The notes: generated by a model not told the origin, from the letters alone. A DNA stretch of 64,000 bases from Minisyncoccota bacterium (GCA_018062965.1 JAGORG010000003.1:47655-111654), one strand, 5' to 3'. Shown: positions 39,640 through 49,724, counted from the stretch's first letter. Made by a program: numbers and translations.

Positions 39640-40089
39640 TTATTTGAAAAATCCGATAAGAGTTGCCCAAGGAATAGCAACAAGAAGTGTCCCAAACACC
39701 ACAAAACCGAGCCCGATAACCGCTTGGAGTGTCACCCCTTCTGCAAGGACGAGCGCTGCTAATATAGCGGTGAAAACAATCGAAAGTTTATCTATAACAG
39801 TTACCGTAACTGTTGGACCATCAGCAAGAGCGTGATAAAAGAAAATCCATGAGAGCGCACCACCTAACCCAGAAAGAATTACAAACATCCACTGTTTACT
39901 TGAGAGAGATGCAATACCTGCGTGTGTGAGTTTTCCAAATGACAGCGCAGCGAGCGTGACCACAACCGCCATGACGATACCACGAAGTGCAGTTAGTAAA
40001 TTAGCATCAACCCCTTTAAGTCCTGCCTTTGCAAAAATAGTTCCAATAGATGCCATAACAGCACCGAGTAATGCGTAAATAATATACAT
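39640..40089 (-). CDS. Small DMT-superfamily (EamA-like) membrane protein
   Basis: 149 aa with 4-5 TM segments; Gly-rich EamA-like helices. Confidence 0.55.
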   Translation of the reverse strand: MYIIYALLGAVMASIGTIFAKAGLKGVDANLLTALRGIVMAVVVTLAALSFGKLTHAGIASLSSKQWMFVILSGLGGALSWIFFYHALADGPTVTVTVIDKLSIVFTAILAALVLAEGVTLQAVIGLGFVVFGTLLVAIPWATLIGFFK

Positions 40090-40149
40090 AATGAGAAGTA
40101 TACCAAATGTTAAACCTTAAACTCTCTATAACCTACCATCTTCAGAAAC

Positions 40150-40178
40150 TTGACAATATTACTATAGTTTGTTATAGT
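40150..40178 (+). promoter_or_regulatory. Sigma70-like promoter TTGACA-17-TATAGT
   Basis: -35 at 40150-40155 and -10 at 40173-40178. No CDS downstream. Confidence 0.45.
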
Positions 40179-40184
40179 AAGTTT

Positions 40185-40289
40185 AGGTGCTCTTGTAGAG
40201 ATGTGTGTACATCTCCTGACGATTCCGAAAGGATGAAACAGGACTGCTGCACCGACCCGCCCCCGTCTTCGGACATGGGGCGGCTTTTT
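40185..40289 (+). ncRNA. Candidate about 105-nt small RNA (promoter to terminator). SRP-RNA-like GNRA-capped helix possible; identity unresolved.
   Basis: Closing helix GGUGC...GCACC. Two internal hairpins: GAGAUGU-GUGU-ACAUCUC, and CCUG-[ACGAU]-UCC-GAAA-GGA-[UGAAA]-CAGG. 3' terminator CCGCCCC-C-GUC-UUCG-GAC-AU-GGGGCGG-CUUUUU. Confidence 0.4.
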
Positions 40290-40292
40290 ATA

Positions 40293-41390
40293 TTAAATCC
40301 TAAACTCAATCACATCACCATCCTTCACTATATACTCTTTTCCTTCTGTGCGAAGCGTACCTTTATTGCGAGCTTCTGCCATACTTCCTGCAGCAATGAG
40401 ATCTTCGTATGCGACAACTTCTGCACGAATGAATTTTGTTTCAAAATCTGTATGAATAGCAGCGGCTGCGCGTGGCGCAGTAGAGCCTTTCTTAATAGTC
40501 CAAGCGCGAGTTTCCATTTCCCCTGTTGTAAGATATGTATCTAATCCGAGTAAATCATATCCTGCTTTGATGAGACTATCGATTCCGTTGTCGTGAGCAC
40601 CGAGCTCTTGGCGCATTATATCTTTTTCTTCACCTTCGAATTCTTTAAGCTCGTCTTCAATTTTTGCATCCACCACAACATAATGGAATTTGTTTTCGTT
40701 AAAGTATTTGATCAAGTTTGCGAATCTTTCATCATTCATTTCATCCAAGTTCTTTCCACCAGATTGTTTGTTTAATACATACAAGAACGGCTTCATGGTT
40801 ATCAAGTGTGTGTCGCGAACAAGTTTTCTTTCCTCCTCATCAAGTACAAGTGTATTAGCAAGCTTCTCTGATTCTAGGTGTAGTTTGAGACGCTCGAGAA
40901 TACCATGAAGTTTTACTGCGTCTTTGTCTCCACGTTTTACATCACGCCCAAGTGTTTGGATGCGTTTATCAACTGTCGACATATCAGCCAAGATGAGTTC
41001 CATGTTGATGATTTGAATATCTCGAAGTGGATCGACTGTTCCTTCTACGTGGATGAGATCTGCATTTTCATAGATACGCACCACTTCTGCGATTGCATCT
41101 GTCTCACGAATATGTGAAAGGAATTGGTTTCCAAGTCCCTGACCTTCTGCAGCACCTTTTACAAGTCCTGCGATATCAACGAACTCAACTACTGCTGGAA
41201 TAATTTTCTTTGAACCAGAAATTTTTGAAAGTGCTTCTAGTCGTGGGTCTGGCACAGGAACAATCCCAACCGATGGATCGATAGTACAAAATGGATAATT
41301 GTCTGCAGGAACAGATTTTTTTGTAAGCGCATTAAAAAGTGTTGATTTACCAACATTTGGAAGCCCAACAATTCCGATAGAAAGTGACAT
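40293..41390 (-). CDS. ychF: Ribosome-binding ATPase YchF (Obg-like)
   Basis: GIVGLPNVGKSTLFNAL, TGS C-terminal domain. Confidence 0.85.
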   Translation of the reverse strand: MSLSIGIVGLPNVGKSTLFNALTKKSVPADNYPFCTIDPSVGIVPVPDPRLEALSKISGSKKIIPAVVEFVDIAGLVKGAAEGQGLGNQFLSHIRETDAIAEVVRIYENADLIHVEGTVDPLRDIQIINMELILADMSTVDKRIQTLGRDVKRGDKDAVKLHGILERLKLHLESEKLANTLVLDEEERKLVRDTHLITMKPFLYVLNKQSGGKNLDEMNDERFANLIKYFNENKFHYVVVDAKIEDELKEFEGEEKDIMRQELGAHDNGIDSLIKAGYDLLGLDTYLTTGEMETRAWTIKKGSTAPRAAAAIHTDFETKFIRAEVVAYEDLIAAGSMAEARNKGTLRTEGKEYIVKDGDVIEFRI

Positions 41391-41444
41391 AATGGAACAA
41401 TCTTAACATGCTTTGACTCTTTATTCCATTATGATAGTCTACGC

Positions 41445-41828
41445 ATGTACCGTCCTCATCGCGGAAAATTCTTTTTACAGGAGAATCACATGAATACCGA
41501 AGAAACTAAGCTGTATGGCACGTTTAAGGAAACAAACTGGTACGCAAAACACCCCAATCTTTACCTGTACGTTTCTGCTCTGTACGCGACATGTCTAGTC
41601 ACATGGATGATCACACCCTCTTTCGAGATTGCTGTTCAAGAGATGGGAACTGGCGCCAGAGCGATACCCATGGTTTCCTTCATGGTATGGACAGTTCTGT
41701 TGTTTGTGTTTGCACTTCTCAAGTACTTCACTCATGACAGACCATTGAATAGATACATACAAGAAAACAAACAAGGTGACGACACCTGGACTTCCGACTG
41801 TGGTGGAATTCTGAAAATCTACAACTAA
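41445..41828 (+). CDS. Hypothetical small membrane protein (127 aa)
   Basis: ORF, 2-3 TM segments, followed by a terminator. Confidence 0.45.
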   Translation: MYRPHRGKFFLQENHMNTEETKLYGTFKETNWYAKHPNLYLYVSALYATCLVTWMITPSFEIAVQEMGTGARAIPMVSFMVWTVLLFVFALLKYFTHDRPLNRYIQENKQGDDTWTSDCGGILKIYN

Positions 41829-41830
41829 GC

Positions 41831-41858
41831 AAAAGCCGCGTATCACGCGGCTTTTTTA
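41831..41858 (+). terminator. Intrinsic terminator (GCCGCG-TATCA-CGCGGC-T6)
   Basis: Immediately after the stop. Confidence 0.6.
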
Positions 41859-41928
41859 TGTTTTAAATATACACTTTGACGTATCTTTCCGTTGTAATAT
41901 TTACACAACTAGTAGACAAGCCTTTAAG

Positions 41929-43053
41929 TTAATCGCACCTTAAAGTAGAGTTGGTGTATGTACAAAGCACGGTAGATTCTTCTCGTTGATAAGGATTGGT
42001 GTTTACTTTGAACGCAAAATCCAGAGAATCATCATGTATTTCTCCAAAGTGTTTTTCTCGTAGAGAAATTATTTTTCCTGCATGCTTTTTAAAGTTACTT
42101 TCAATATATTGCTTAATAACTAAAATATCTTGGCCTGAACCACTCAATGTGCCCGGGTAAGATACATAAAATATTTCTCTTTCTTTACCACAAATATTAT
42201 TGACCTCACCCTGGTTACACCCATGTAGACGAAAAACATTTGATTCGTCTGTTGATTGAAAATAGTTGTAATAATCTTCGTTGTAAGCTTTTCTGTTTTT
42301 CCACTCTTTTCCTTGTTGTTCAACATAAGCCGTACCCGCAGTATTATCAATTAGCTTCTTGTTAATATATGGGTTAAAAAAGTAAGTACTTACAAAGACT
42401 CCAATCAAAGCTAAAAGAGAAAGTAACTTTATAAATCTAACCCTAACCACACTAGGCACCTTTGTAAAAAGGATTACAGATACAGCTATTAGATATGTAA
42501 TAAGTATTATATACATGTAATACCCTGACAAATGTCCAACGATTTCACGGCAAGAACAGTCGATATCTCCAGGTTCAATTTGTCCAATACCTACTATAGA
42601 CAGCCCAACCAAACAAAGTACAAATAACACATTCACCGCTACTAGACCCAAAGAAGTTAGTCCGTCTTTTGTTTTTAATGACAAGTAAATATAGCCAATA
42701 AACCAAAACCAAGATACCGAAAAACTAAAAAGACCAAACCATCCAAGAGCTAAAATAAACATTCCATCAAATGGACCATAGTCAATAACTGGAACTTTTT
42801 GAAGTCCTGTTACTGTTTTCTGTACCCCTTCCTCTACCAATAAACCAACAGCACCTTTTTGTATCGTAGAGTAAACGGGTGAAAAAATTAGTAGTGCAAA
42901 AATAATTAATACAGTAGCATGAAAGAATATCCTAAAATTTCTTAAATCTAACTGACTGAGTACACTTTTATCAGGAACAGGTTCAGTAGTTGAAGCAGGG
43001 GGAATATTTATACTAGCAGTATTGACTGAGGCTGTTAGATCTTGTTCATTCAT
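41929..43053 (-). CDS. Hypothetical polytopic membrane protein with Cys-rich C-terminal extracytoplasmic domain
   Basis: ORF and hydropathy only. Confidence 0.45.
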   Translation of the reverse strand: MNEQDLTASVNTASINIPPASTTEPVPDKSVLSQLDLRNFRIFFHATVLIIFALLIFSPVYSTIQKGAVGLLVEEGVQKTVTGLQKVPVIDYGPFDGMFILALGWFGLFSFSVSWFWFIGYIYLSLKTKDGLTSLGLVAVNVLFVLCLVGLSIVGIGQIEPGDIDCSCREIVGHLSGYYMYIILITYLIAVSVILFTKVPSVVRVRFIKLLSLLALIGVFVSTYFFNPYINKKLIDNTAGTAYVEQQGKEWKNRKAYNEDYYNYFQSTDESNVFRLHGCNQGEVNNICGKEREIFYVSYPGTLSGSGQDILVIKQYIESNFKKHAGKIISLREKHFGEIHDDSLDFAFKVNTNPYQREESTVLCTYTNSTLRCD

Positions 43054-43065
43054 GTACTTAGTAAG

Positions 43066-43293
43066 TTATTTTGTCATTGCTGCTTGCAACTCTTTTTGAT
43101 ACTTCTTCATAACATCAAGCGCAGCATACATTTCTGGTTTGCCTTGTTTTTTGAGCTCTTCGATTTCTTTTGCAATCTTGCTAAAGAGTTCTGGATTCTT
43201 TTCTACAGCCGTAGTTAGCATCTCTGCTTGTTCTTTTGGAAGGTTTTTCGTTCCGCGCTTAACGGCCTGCTTAAGTAAAAATTCTTTAATCAT
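43066..43293 (-). CDS. Hypothetical small helical protein (about 75 aa)
   Basis: ORF. Internal start chosen to avoid overlap with the upstream gene. Confidence 0.3.
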   Translation of the reverse strand: MIKEFLLKQAVKRGTKNLPKEQAEMLTTAVEKNPELFSKIAKEIEELKKQGKPEMYAALDVMKKYQKELQAAMTK

Positions 43294-43306
43294 ATTGTAT
43301 ATAGTA

Positions 43307-43975
43307 TTATTGAGCGTTCGCAGCAGCTTCTTTGATAAGTTTGTCAAAAGCTTCAAATGACTGTGGGCTTTCTATCATCTTTCCGTTAAGGAAAAATGTC
43401 GGCGTACCTTGAACTTTAAGCTGTGACCCCTCTCTATACTCAGCAACAATCTTGTCTTCTATCGCAGAACTGTCAATATCTACAGCAAATTTTTGCATAT
43501 CAAGACTAAGCTCTGTTGCATAGCTTAGGATAATCTCTCGCGCGTTTAACGTCTCACCCCATTCTTTTTGTCTATCATAAAGCACATCATGCATTTCCCA
43601 AAACTTTCCCTGAAGTGCTGCTGCTTCGGATGCTTTTGCTGCGAGAAGCGCATTTCGATGTATTGCAGTTAGCGGGAAATGACGGAAAACAAATGAAAGC
43701 GTATCTGGGTTAGCTGCAACAATCTGACGAACAAGAGGTTCGTATGCCGCACACGCTGGACACTGGAAGTCACCAAATTCTACGAGAGTGACTTTGCCAC
43801 CTTGTGCTCCTCGAACATGATCAGTTGCAGTTACTTCTACTACAGGAACAGGACCTTGTACGGTAGTGCTCATCGCATAAAAATAATACGCAAATAAAGC
43901 AACAATGAGCCCTAGAAAGATGAGCCCTGTTTTTGCATATGGATAACTAAGTAGTTTCTTGACGTGTTTTTTCAT
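43307..43975 (-). CDS. DsbA-family thiol:disulfide oxidoreductase, membrane-anchored
   Basis: FGDFQCPACAAYEP (CxxC thioredoxin motif), N-terminal TM. Confidence 0.7.
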   Translation of the reverse strand: MKKHVKKLLSYPYAKTGLIFLGLIVALFAYYFYAMSTTVQGPVPVVEVTATDHVRGAQGGKVTLVEFGDFQCPACAAYEPLVRQIVAANPDTLSFVFRHFPLTAIHRNALLAAKASEAAALQGKFWEMHDVLYDRQKEWGETLNAREIILSYATELSLDMQKFAVDIDSSAIEDKIVAEYREGSQLKVQGTPTFFLNGKMIESPQSFEAFDKLIKEAAANAQ

Positions 43976-44000
43976 ATAGTTCGATTATATCACGAACATA

Positions 44001-44816
44001 TTATACAAGTTTGGTCGCCTCAATACACATAAAAAGCGGTATTTCTTTTCTTGATTTATCCTCTGCTTCTTTGCGCGGACCACGTTCGCTAGCTCGATGA
44101 GATTCCCATTCTTCAAGCCGGGTAATAGCAAACCCTGCTTTTCCTAGAGCTTTGACATATACCTGCAGCGGACGATGAAATGATACTGTGAACTTTTTAT
44201 CGGTTGCGCTCCCGGGTGTCATGTCAATTTTTATTTTTGACTCGCTCATGTATTCATCAACTCGCCTATACTGCACCTTTTCATGTTCATCGTATCCCCA
44301 GTGTGTGTGACGTGGATTCCTGAATGACGGATGATTAATGACCATCAAAAACCTTCCACCAGGAGTAAGTATGCGAGCGACTTCTTTCATTGTATCTGCA
44401 AGCTTTTCAATATTTTGAAGCGCCAATACACATACGGCGATATCTTGAGCACCATCTTGTATCATATACAAATCGTGAGACGGACTGCTAAAATAATGCG
44501 CCTGAAACTTGTGTGCAGTGTTTTTCTTTTCTGCAATCTCAATGAGTTCTTTACCAAGATCAACCCCGATGATGTATGCTCCAGCATCAGCAAGTATACG
44601 AGAGAACTGTCCCTGTCCACATGCGACATCTATAATTTTTTTCTTGGTTATATCTCCTAGTAGTCGAGCAAGGTTAGGATACACAACTTTTTCGTGATAG
44701 GTGTCGCCTGACTTTTCAAGGTGTTCGTCGTACCATGATGCAACCCCTCCCCATGAAGTGTTTGTATCTTTTTTTAGGTTAGCAGTAGATGTTGGTTTAG
44801 TTGTTTTTTTAATCAT
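44001..44816 (-). CDS. Class I SAM-dependent methyltransferase
   Basis: Motif I VACGQGQFS and motif post-I GVDLGKELIE. Confidence 0.65.
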   Translation of the reverse strand: MIKKTTKPTSTANLKKDTNTSWGGVASWYDEHLEKSGDTYHEKVVYPNLARLLGDITKKKIIDVACGQGQFSRILADAGAYIIGVDLGKELIEIAEKKNTAHKFQAHYFSSPSHDLYMIQDGAQDIAVCVLALQNIEKLADTMKEVARILTPGGRFLMVINHPSFRNPRHTHWGYDEHEKVQYRRVDEYMSESKIKIDMTPGSATDKKFTVSFHRPLQVYVKALGKAGFAITRLEEWESHRASERGPRKEAEDKSRKEIPLFMCIEATKLV

Positions 44817-46245
44817 GAGATGTGTGTTTATCTGAAAGCCACGTACGTATATATGTATCTATCTTACCACGCTTCTCCACACCGGAACGTGCCATAAACC
44901 GAATGACTCCAAATACCGGTCTACCAAACCACGGCCTGTCATGCACACCACCAATACTCCACGCACAGCCTACATATCCATTTGAATCTCGTCCGTCAAG
45001 TTCGTACGTGTCATTTAGATACACCGCGGTCTTCATTGCCTCCTCTGGAGAGGCTGACCATTCAAGTATTTTTTTCGCCCAATACATACGCAGATAGCCA
45101 TGCATCTTGCCTGAAGTAACCATCTGCATTTGTGCAGCGTTCCAGATATCATCATGTGTTTTTGCTCCTTCAAATTCTGCGCGAGTGTACAGGTATTCTC
45201 GCTTATCATTTCTAGCTTTAGTGAGTGTCTCCTTGGCCCACGACGGAAACCCTTCGTATATCGCATAGTCAGGATTATAAAAACAAAAGTTCTCAGCAAC
45301 TTCAGCACGAATAACACACTCTTCTACAAACGAAGCTGCGCTTCCGCGAGCACCATTTGATCCGTTGTGATCTGCGCTAATAATTTCTCGTATAGTTTGA
45401 GATGGATGCTGATCCGGTTTGAGATATTTACACAGGTCAAGAACGATTCTTCTGCGTGAAATGTTGCCGTGCGAAATATATGGTGACAGATTGCTCTGTC
45501 CGTCTTTATCGATAGCGTTTCGCGATTCTTCGTATGAAGATAGCTTGCTTTTGAAAAACTCTTTTAGCTGTATATGTGCTGCTTGTTCACCGGGTGTATA
45601 TGAACCAACACCAGAAACATCTTTTCTGCAGACAAGATTTGCTTCGATTACCTCCCAGTCGACAGGAGTGTGTTGTAACGATGTGGTTTGTTTATGCAAA
45701 GTTGGATAATCCTCTACAAAGAGGGCAATTTTTTCGTGCAGTTTGCGGCGAAATGTGTGTGCAGCAAACTCTTGTTTTGAAGACGCTTCCCATACAGGGA
45801 CAATATTATGCGCATCTACTTCATATAGAGGTGTAGTGGAATACTTTTTTTGAAATACAGACTTCCAACGTGACATGAACGAGAGTGGAATCTGATCAAT
45901 AACAACAGCGCCAATATCAGGCAATGTTTCCATGTATGTATACGTTGGTGTACGTCTATGCTCTACATGTACAATAAGCGGTATATTGTGCGCATGTAGC
46001 GTTGCTTCTACTTCTTTAAGTGAAGGGATAACCCAGTCGTAGAAACGCTGTGTTCCACCTAACCATTCGTAGTTCCAAACTGTATACACCACCACGAGAT
46101 TCGCCTGCTGACTATGGGCCAACTTTTGAGCATACAAGAGCGCGTCGTTATCGTGCGCACGTATATCGCGACACATATGGTATACGACTGTTCCTTCTTT
46201 GTATGAATTTGAAGACAATAGTCTAACTTGAGGATTTTCTAACAT
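44809..46245 (-). CDS. Class II CPD photolyase (deoxyribodipyrimidine photo-lyase)
   Basis: VVYHMCRDIRAHDNDALL N-terminal signature, C-terminal FAD-binding HGYLRMYWAKKILEW. Confidence 0.65.
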   Translation of the reverse strand: MLENPQVRLLSSNSYKEGTVVYHMCRDIRAHDNDALLYAQKLAHSQQANLVVVYTVWNYEWLGGTQRFYDWVIPSLKEVEATLHAHNIPLIVHVEHRRTPTYTYMETLPDIGAVVIDQIPLSFMSRWKSVFQKKYSTTPLYEVDAHNIVPVWEASSKQEFAAHTFRRKLHEKIALFVEDYPTLHKQTTSLQHTPVDWEVIEANLVCRKDVSGVGSYTPGEQAAHIQLKEFFKSKLSSYEESRNAIDKDGQSNLSPYISHGNISRRRIVLDLCKYLKPDQHPSQTIREIISADHNGSNGARGSAASFVEECVIRAEVAENFCFYNPDYAIYEGFPSWAKETLTKARNDKREYLYTRAEFEGAKTHDDIWNAAQMQMVTSGKMHGYLRMYWAKKILEWSASPEEAMKTAVYLNDTYELDGRDSNGYVGCAWSIGGVHDRPWFGRPVFGVIRFMARSGVEKRGKIDTYIRTWLSDKHTSHD

Positions 46246-46279
46246 GAAGCGTAGTATACCAAACTACTAGAGATATCAT

Positions 46280-48022
46280 TTATCTATCTGGTGGGACTTC
46301 GTAATACGAGATGAGGAACTTTACCAGTTTAAAAAATGGATCAGTGAGTGTTGCAGAAGCATACTCAGCACCTTTTGGATTGGTGTGGAACAGGAAGATA
46401 ATGTACTTTGGCTCGTATGCTGGGAAATACCCGAAGAACGAGTGCAGGTATCTATCGTCGTAGTACCCGCCTCCTGGTTGCGGTATCTGAGCAGTTCCTG
46501 TCTTTGCTGCTATTGAATAATGATCCATTTTATAGTCACCATTTTTTAGTGCGGTATCTACTACATGAACAAGCATGCGAGTGATTTGTTCACTTGTTTC
46601 TTGAGAAATAACACGTTCCCCAGGAGTACCTGAGACTTTTTTTGTTTCACCATTTTTGTAAACAATAGTATCTACAACATGTGGAGATGGAAGCACACCA
46701 CCGTTTCCAAGTATTGAAAGTGCTCGAACGGTTTGTATTGGAGTAATAGCAATACCCTGACCGAAACCTGCTGTTGCACTATCAACAAACACAGAACTCT
46801 GTAAGTTTTTTGTAAGCCCACCAGCTTCTGCAGGAAGATCTATACCTGTTTCATCTCCTATACCAAACTTTTTAAAATAATCTTGGAAACGTTCTCTACC
46901 TAACTGTTCTACCAAAAATACAATACCTACGTTGAGTGATTTATCCAGTATGGTCTGCATCTTTGTTGTACCTCGCGCTTGACCGTCAAAGTTTCGAACC
47001 TTGTAGCCGTTCAAATCACGAAAACCTGTATCAACATATGTTGTGTCCTCATTCACAACTCCAGCATCAAGTGCTGCAGCAACGGTAAGTGGCTTAATAA
47101 TACTACCCATTTCATACACACCAGAGATAAGTTGATTTGAGTACTTGCGAACAGAATCAACATCACTATAGCTATTTGGGTCAAATGACGGCATACCATC
47201 CATCGCAATAATTGAACCCGTTGATGGATCCATAACAATACCCCCTATCTGATCTGAGTTCCATGTCTTTTTTGTTTCTTCAAGAACGGTGTGCAGACTT
47301 CGTTGAACAGACGCATCGATAGTGAGAATAACATCCCCCATTTGTTTGTCTTGGTTAGAAACTTCATTGGTTCCAATATCTGCAAACAATTCTGCAAAAA
47401 AATTAACGGTAGGCTGGTCTGTAGATCGAGACAAGATGTCTTCATAATAGCGCTCTACTCCATACTGTCCACGTGCACGAGATCCATCATTTCCAACAAA
47501 ACCAATAACCTGAGAACCGATAGATCCTTGAGGATAGAACCGCACATTATCTTTTACGTACGTTACACCAGCTAATTTGAGTGACTTCAAGTGTGCGACG
47601 TCTTCTTCTGAAACACCTGAGGCAATTTCTTCGTATGGATCCTCGAGCTTCTGCAAACGTTCATCAAATAACTTTTTATCAACAGCAATTCGAGATGTGA
47701 GAGCTGTATAGAGCACTTCAGCATCTTTAACTTTTCCTGGAGCAACAGCAATTCTATATCGCCCAATCAGCTGAGCTGCTGGAACTGGTTCATCGCGAAC
47801 CTGTGAAAAGAAAATAGTCCCTCTATCAAAGTGATTAAGCGAAGTGCCGACATATTGCTTATCAGCAAGTGACGTATAGTATTCATGTTGAACAACTTGA
47901 ATATACACGCTTCGTCCAACAAAAATAATAAACAGTCCTATAAAAAATAAAGAAACTAGTTGGATTCGATAGACAGAACGAAGCTCTTGGTCTTCGGTAA
48001 GCTCATGCGGCTTGCTGTGCAT
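46280..48022 (-). CDS. ftsI: Class B penicillin-binding protein (FtsI/PBP3-like transpeptidase)
   Basis: SIIKP (SxxK), SxN, KTGTAQ. Follows ftsL in the dcw order. Confidence 0.75.
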   Translation of the reverse strand: MHSKPHELTEDQELRSVYRIQLVSLFFIGLFIIFVGRSVYIQVVQHEYYTSLADKQYVGTSLNHFDRGTIFFSQVRDEPVPAAQLIGRYRIAVAPGKVKDAEVLYTALTSRIAVDKKLFDERLQKLEDPYEEIASGVSEEDVAHLKSLKLAGVTYVKDNVRFYPQGSIGSQVIGFVGNDGSRARGQYGVERYYEDILSRSTDQPTVNFFAELFADIGTNEVSNQDKQMGDVILTIDASVQRSLHTVLEETKKTWNSDQIGGIVMDPSTGSIIAMDGMPSFDPNSYSDVDSVRKYSNQLISGVYEMGSIIKPLTVAAALDAGVVNEDTTYVDTGFRDLNGYKVRNFDGQARGTTKMQTILDKSLNVGIVFLVEQLGRERFQDYFKKFGIGDETGIDLPAEAGGLTKNLQSSVFVDSATAGFGQGIAITPIQTVRALSILGNGGVLPSPHVVDTIVYKNGETKKVSGTPGERVISQETSEQITRMLVHVVDTALKNGDYKMDHYSIAAKTGTAQIPQPGGGYYDDRYLHSFFGYFPAYEPKYIIFLFHTNPKGAEYASATLTDPFFKLVKFLISYYEVPPDR

Positions 48023-48035
48023 ATACTATAAGCTC

Positions 48036-48353
48036 TTAGCGAGTATACAAAATAGAGTACGTAGCAATAGGATCTTTGCGTACAGCAAATGTAGAGTTAT
48101 CAATTCGCTTGAAGTTATGCGCTGCTAGTTTAGTGTCTGTAATAGTTGCAAGTGTTTGCGCATAATCTTGTTCAACCTGAGAAAGTGATGATGTTAACTC
48201 ACGTGTTTCAAGGAGGGCTTGCTTTCGCTCAATTGCAGAAAATACAACCGACAAAAGCACAACGGCGTACGCAATAACAAGAAGCGCTATTGTTGCAAGC
48301 ATTGTATGTACGAGACGTTCTTGGAATGTTTGGTTGAGGAAGTGTGTTTTCAT
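48036..48353 (-). CDS. FtsL-like bitopic cell-division protein
   Basis: Single TM plus coiled coil; positional (between rsmH and ftsI). Confidence 0.45.
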   Translation of the reverse strand: MKTHFLNQTFQERLVHTMLATIALLVIAYAVVLLSVVFSAIERKQALLETRELTSSLSQVEQDYAQTLATITDTKLAAHNFKRIDNSTFAVRKDPIATYSILYTR

Positions 48354-48367
48354 GGTATCTATCTGAT

Positions 48368-49261
48368 TTATTTTCTTTCGGCGATGCGGAGCTGGGCGCT
48401 GCGTGCACGAGGGTTATTGTGTAATTCTTCTTTGGTTGGAATAATTGCTTTTTTGTTAATAATGGTGAGAGATTCATCTAATGCCCTGAGACTTTGTTTT
48501 ACAATACGGTCTTCGGTGCTATGAAAAGTAATAATTGCTGCACGTCCACTGGGTTTCAACACATGTGGGAGCGCAGCCACAAGATCATGTATGCTACCTA
48601 ATTCATCGTTCACCGCCATGCGGAGAGCTTGAAATGTTTTTGTAGCAAAGTGGGTCTTGCCATGGCGGTACGTTGTGGGCACTGCGTATTTGATAGTGTC
48701 AACGAGTTGGTGTGTCGTTTTTATTTCACCTTCGTTGCGAGCTTCTACGATTGTTCGAGCGATACGACGAGCATAACGCTCATCAGCAAACGCGTAGAGA
48801 ACATCCGCAATTGTTGACTCACTCCAGAAGTTGACGATATCATACGCGGTCGTCATGTCTTCTGTTGGGTTCGCAGCAAATGTCATGAGAAGTGGTTCAT
48901 CATATCGGAATGAAAATCCCCTCCCTGAGATATCGAGTTCTTGCGAGGATAGTCCAAGATCTGCGAGTACTCCATCGACTGAAGTAACTTTAAGTTCTTT
49001 AAGAATAGAAGTAAGATGTCTAAAGTTACTGTGCACAAAATGTAACGTTGGAGCATTTTTTAATTTGCTTATCTTTTTCTCTGCTTCTTCAAGAGCAACT
49101 TCATCAAGATCGATACAAATAAGCGTACCGTCTTTTCCTAAAGCTTTTGCTATTTCATAGCTATGACCTCCGCGATTGACTGTACAGTCAACATACGTAC
49201 CACCTTTGTGGATATTGAGACCTTCTATAGATTCATGTAAAAGTACTGGAATGTGCGACAT
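48368..49261 (-). CDS. rsmH: 16S rRNA (cytosine1402-N4)-methyltransferase
   Basis: MSHIPVLLHESIEGL...VDCTVNRGGHS. Start moved to MSHIPV. Confidence 0.85.
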   Translation of the reverse strand: MSHIPVLLHESIEGLNIHKGGTYVDCTVNRGGHSYEIAKALGKDGTLICIDLDEVALEEAEKKISKLKNAPTLHFVHSNFRHLTSILKELKVTSVDGVLADLGLSSQELDISGRGFSFRYDEPLLMTFAANPTEDMTTAYDIVNFWSESTIADVLYAFADERYARRIARTIVEARNEGEIKTTHQLVDTIKYAVPTTYRHGKTHFATKTFQALRMAVNDELGSIHDLVAALPHVLKPSGRAAIITFHSTEDRIVKQSLRALDESLTIINKKAIIPTKEELHNNPRARSAQLRIAERK

Positions 49262-49289
49262 GGTCGTGTATAAAGCTAGCACATTCTGC

Positions 49290-49724
49290 TTAGAGCATGC
49301 CAAGATCGCTTAATTTTCCTGCAAGAGCATCAGCTTCGCCGAGAGCTTTCTTTGAGTAGTCTTTCCAGCGTGTTTCGTCCCACATTTCAATACGTGAGTA
49401 CATGCCGGCAAGAACAACTTTCGAAGTAAGCCCCGCTGTTTCCTTGAGCGTATCTGGGATGAGAATACGCCCCTGGGCATCAACATCTGTTTCAAATGCA
49501 TGCGCAAGCATGACTCGATTGAAACTACGAGAATCTGCGTTACCAAATCCGTTTGATGCGAGCTTTTCAGCAATCTCCCTCCACTGTTTCTCTGCAAAAA
49601 TAAAGAGCGAGCCATCTAGTCCATTAGTAACCACCACTTTCTTTCCAAGCGAAGTGCGCCATTTTGCTGGCAGCGTCAGGCGTTTCTTTGGATCGAGTTC
49701 GTGTGTGTATTGGCCTATCAGCAT
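49290..49724 (-). CDS. mraZ: Division/cell wall cluster transcriptional regulator MraZ
   Basis: MLIGQYTHELDPKKRLTLPAKWR (duplicated MraZ fold). Confidence 0.8.
   Translation of the reverse strand: MLIGQYTHELDPKKRLTLPAKWRTSLGKKVVVTNGLDGSLFIFAEKQWREIAEKLASNGFGNADSRSFNRVMLAHAFETDVDAQGRILIPDTLKETAGLTSKVVLAGMYSRIEMWDETRWKDYSKKALGEADALAGKLSDLGML

Noticed and set aside
43307-43356. Overlap of the 96-aa ORF (43066..43356) with dsbA.
   Set aside because: Resolved by using the internal start MIKEFLL (43293). The long form would overlap the DsbA C-terminus.
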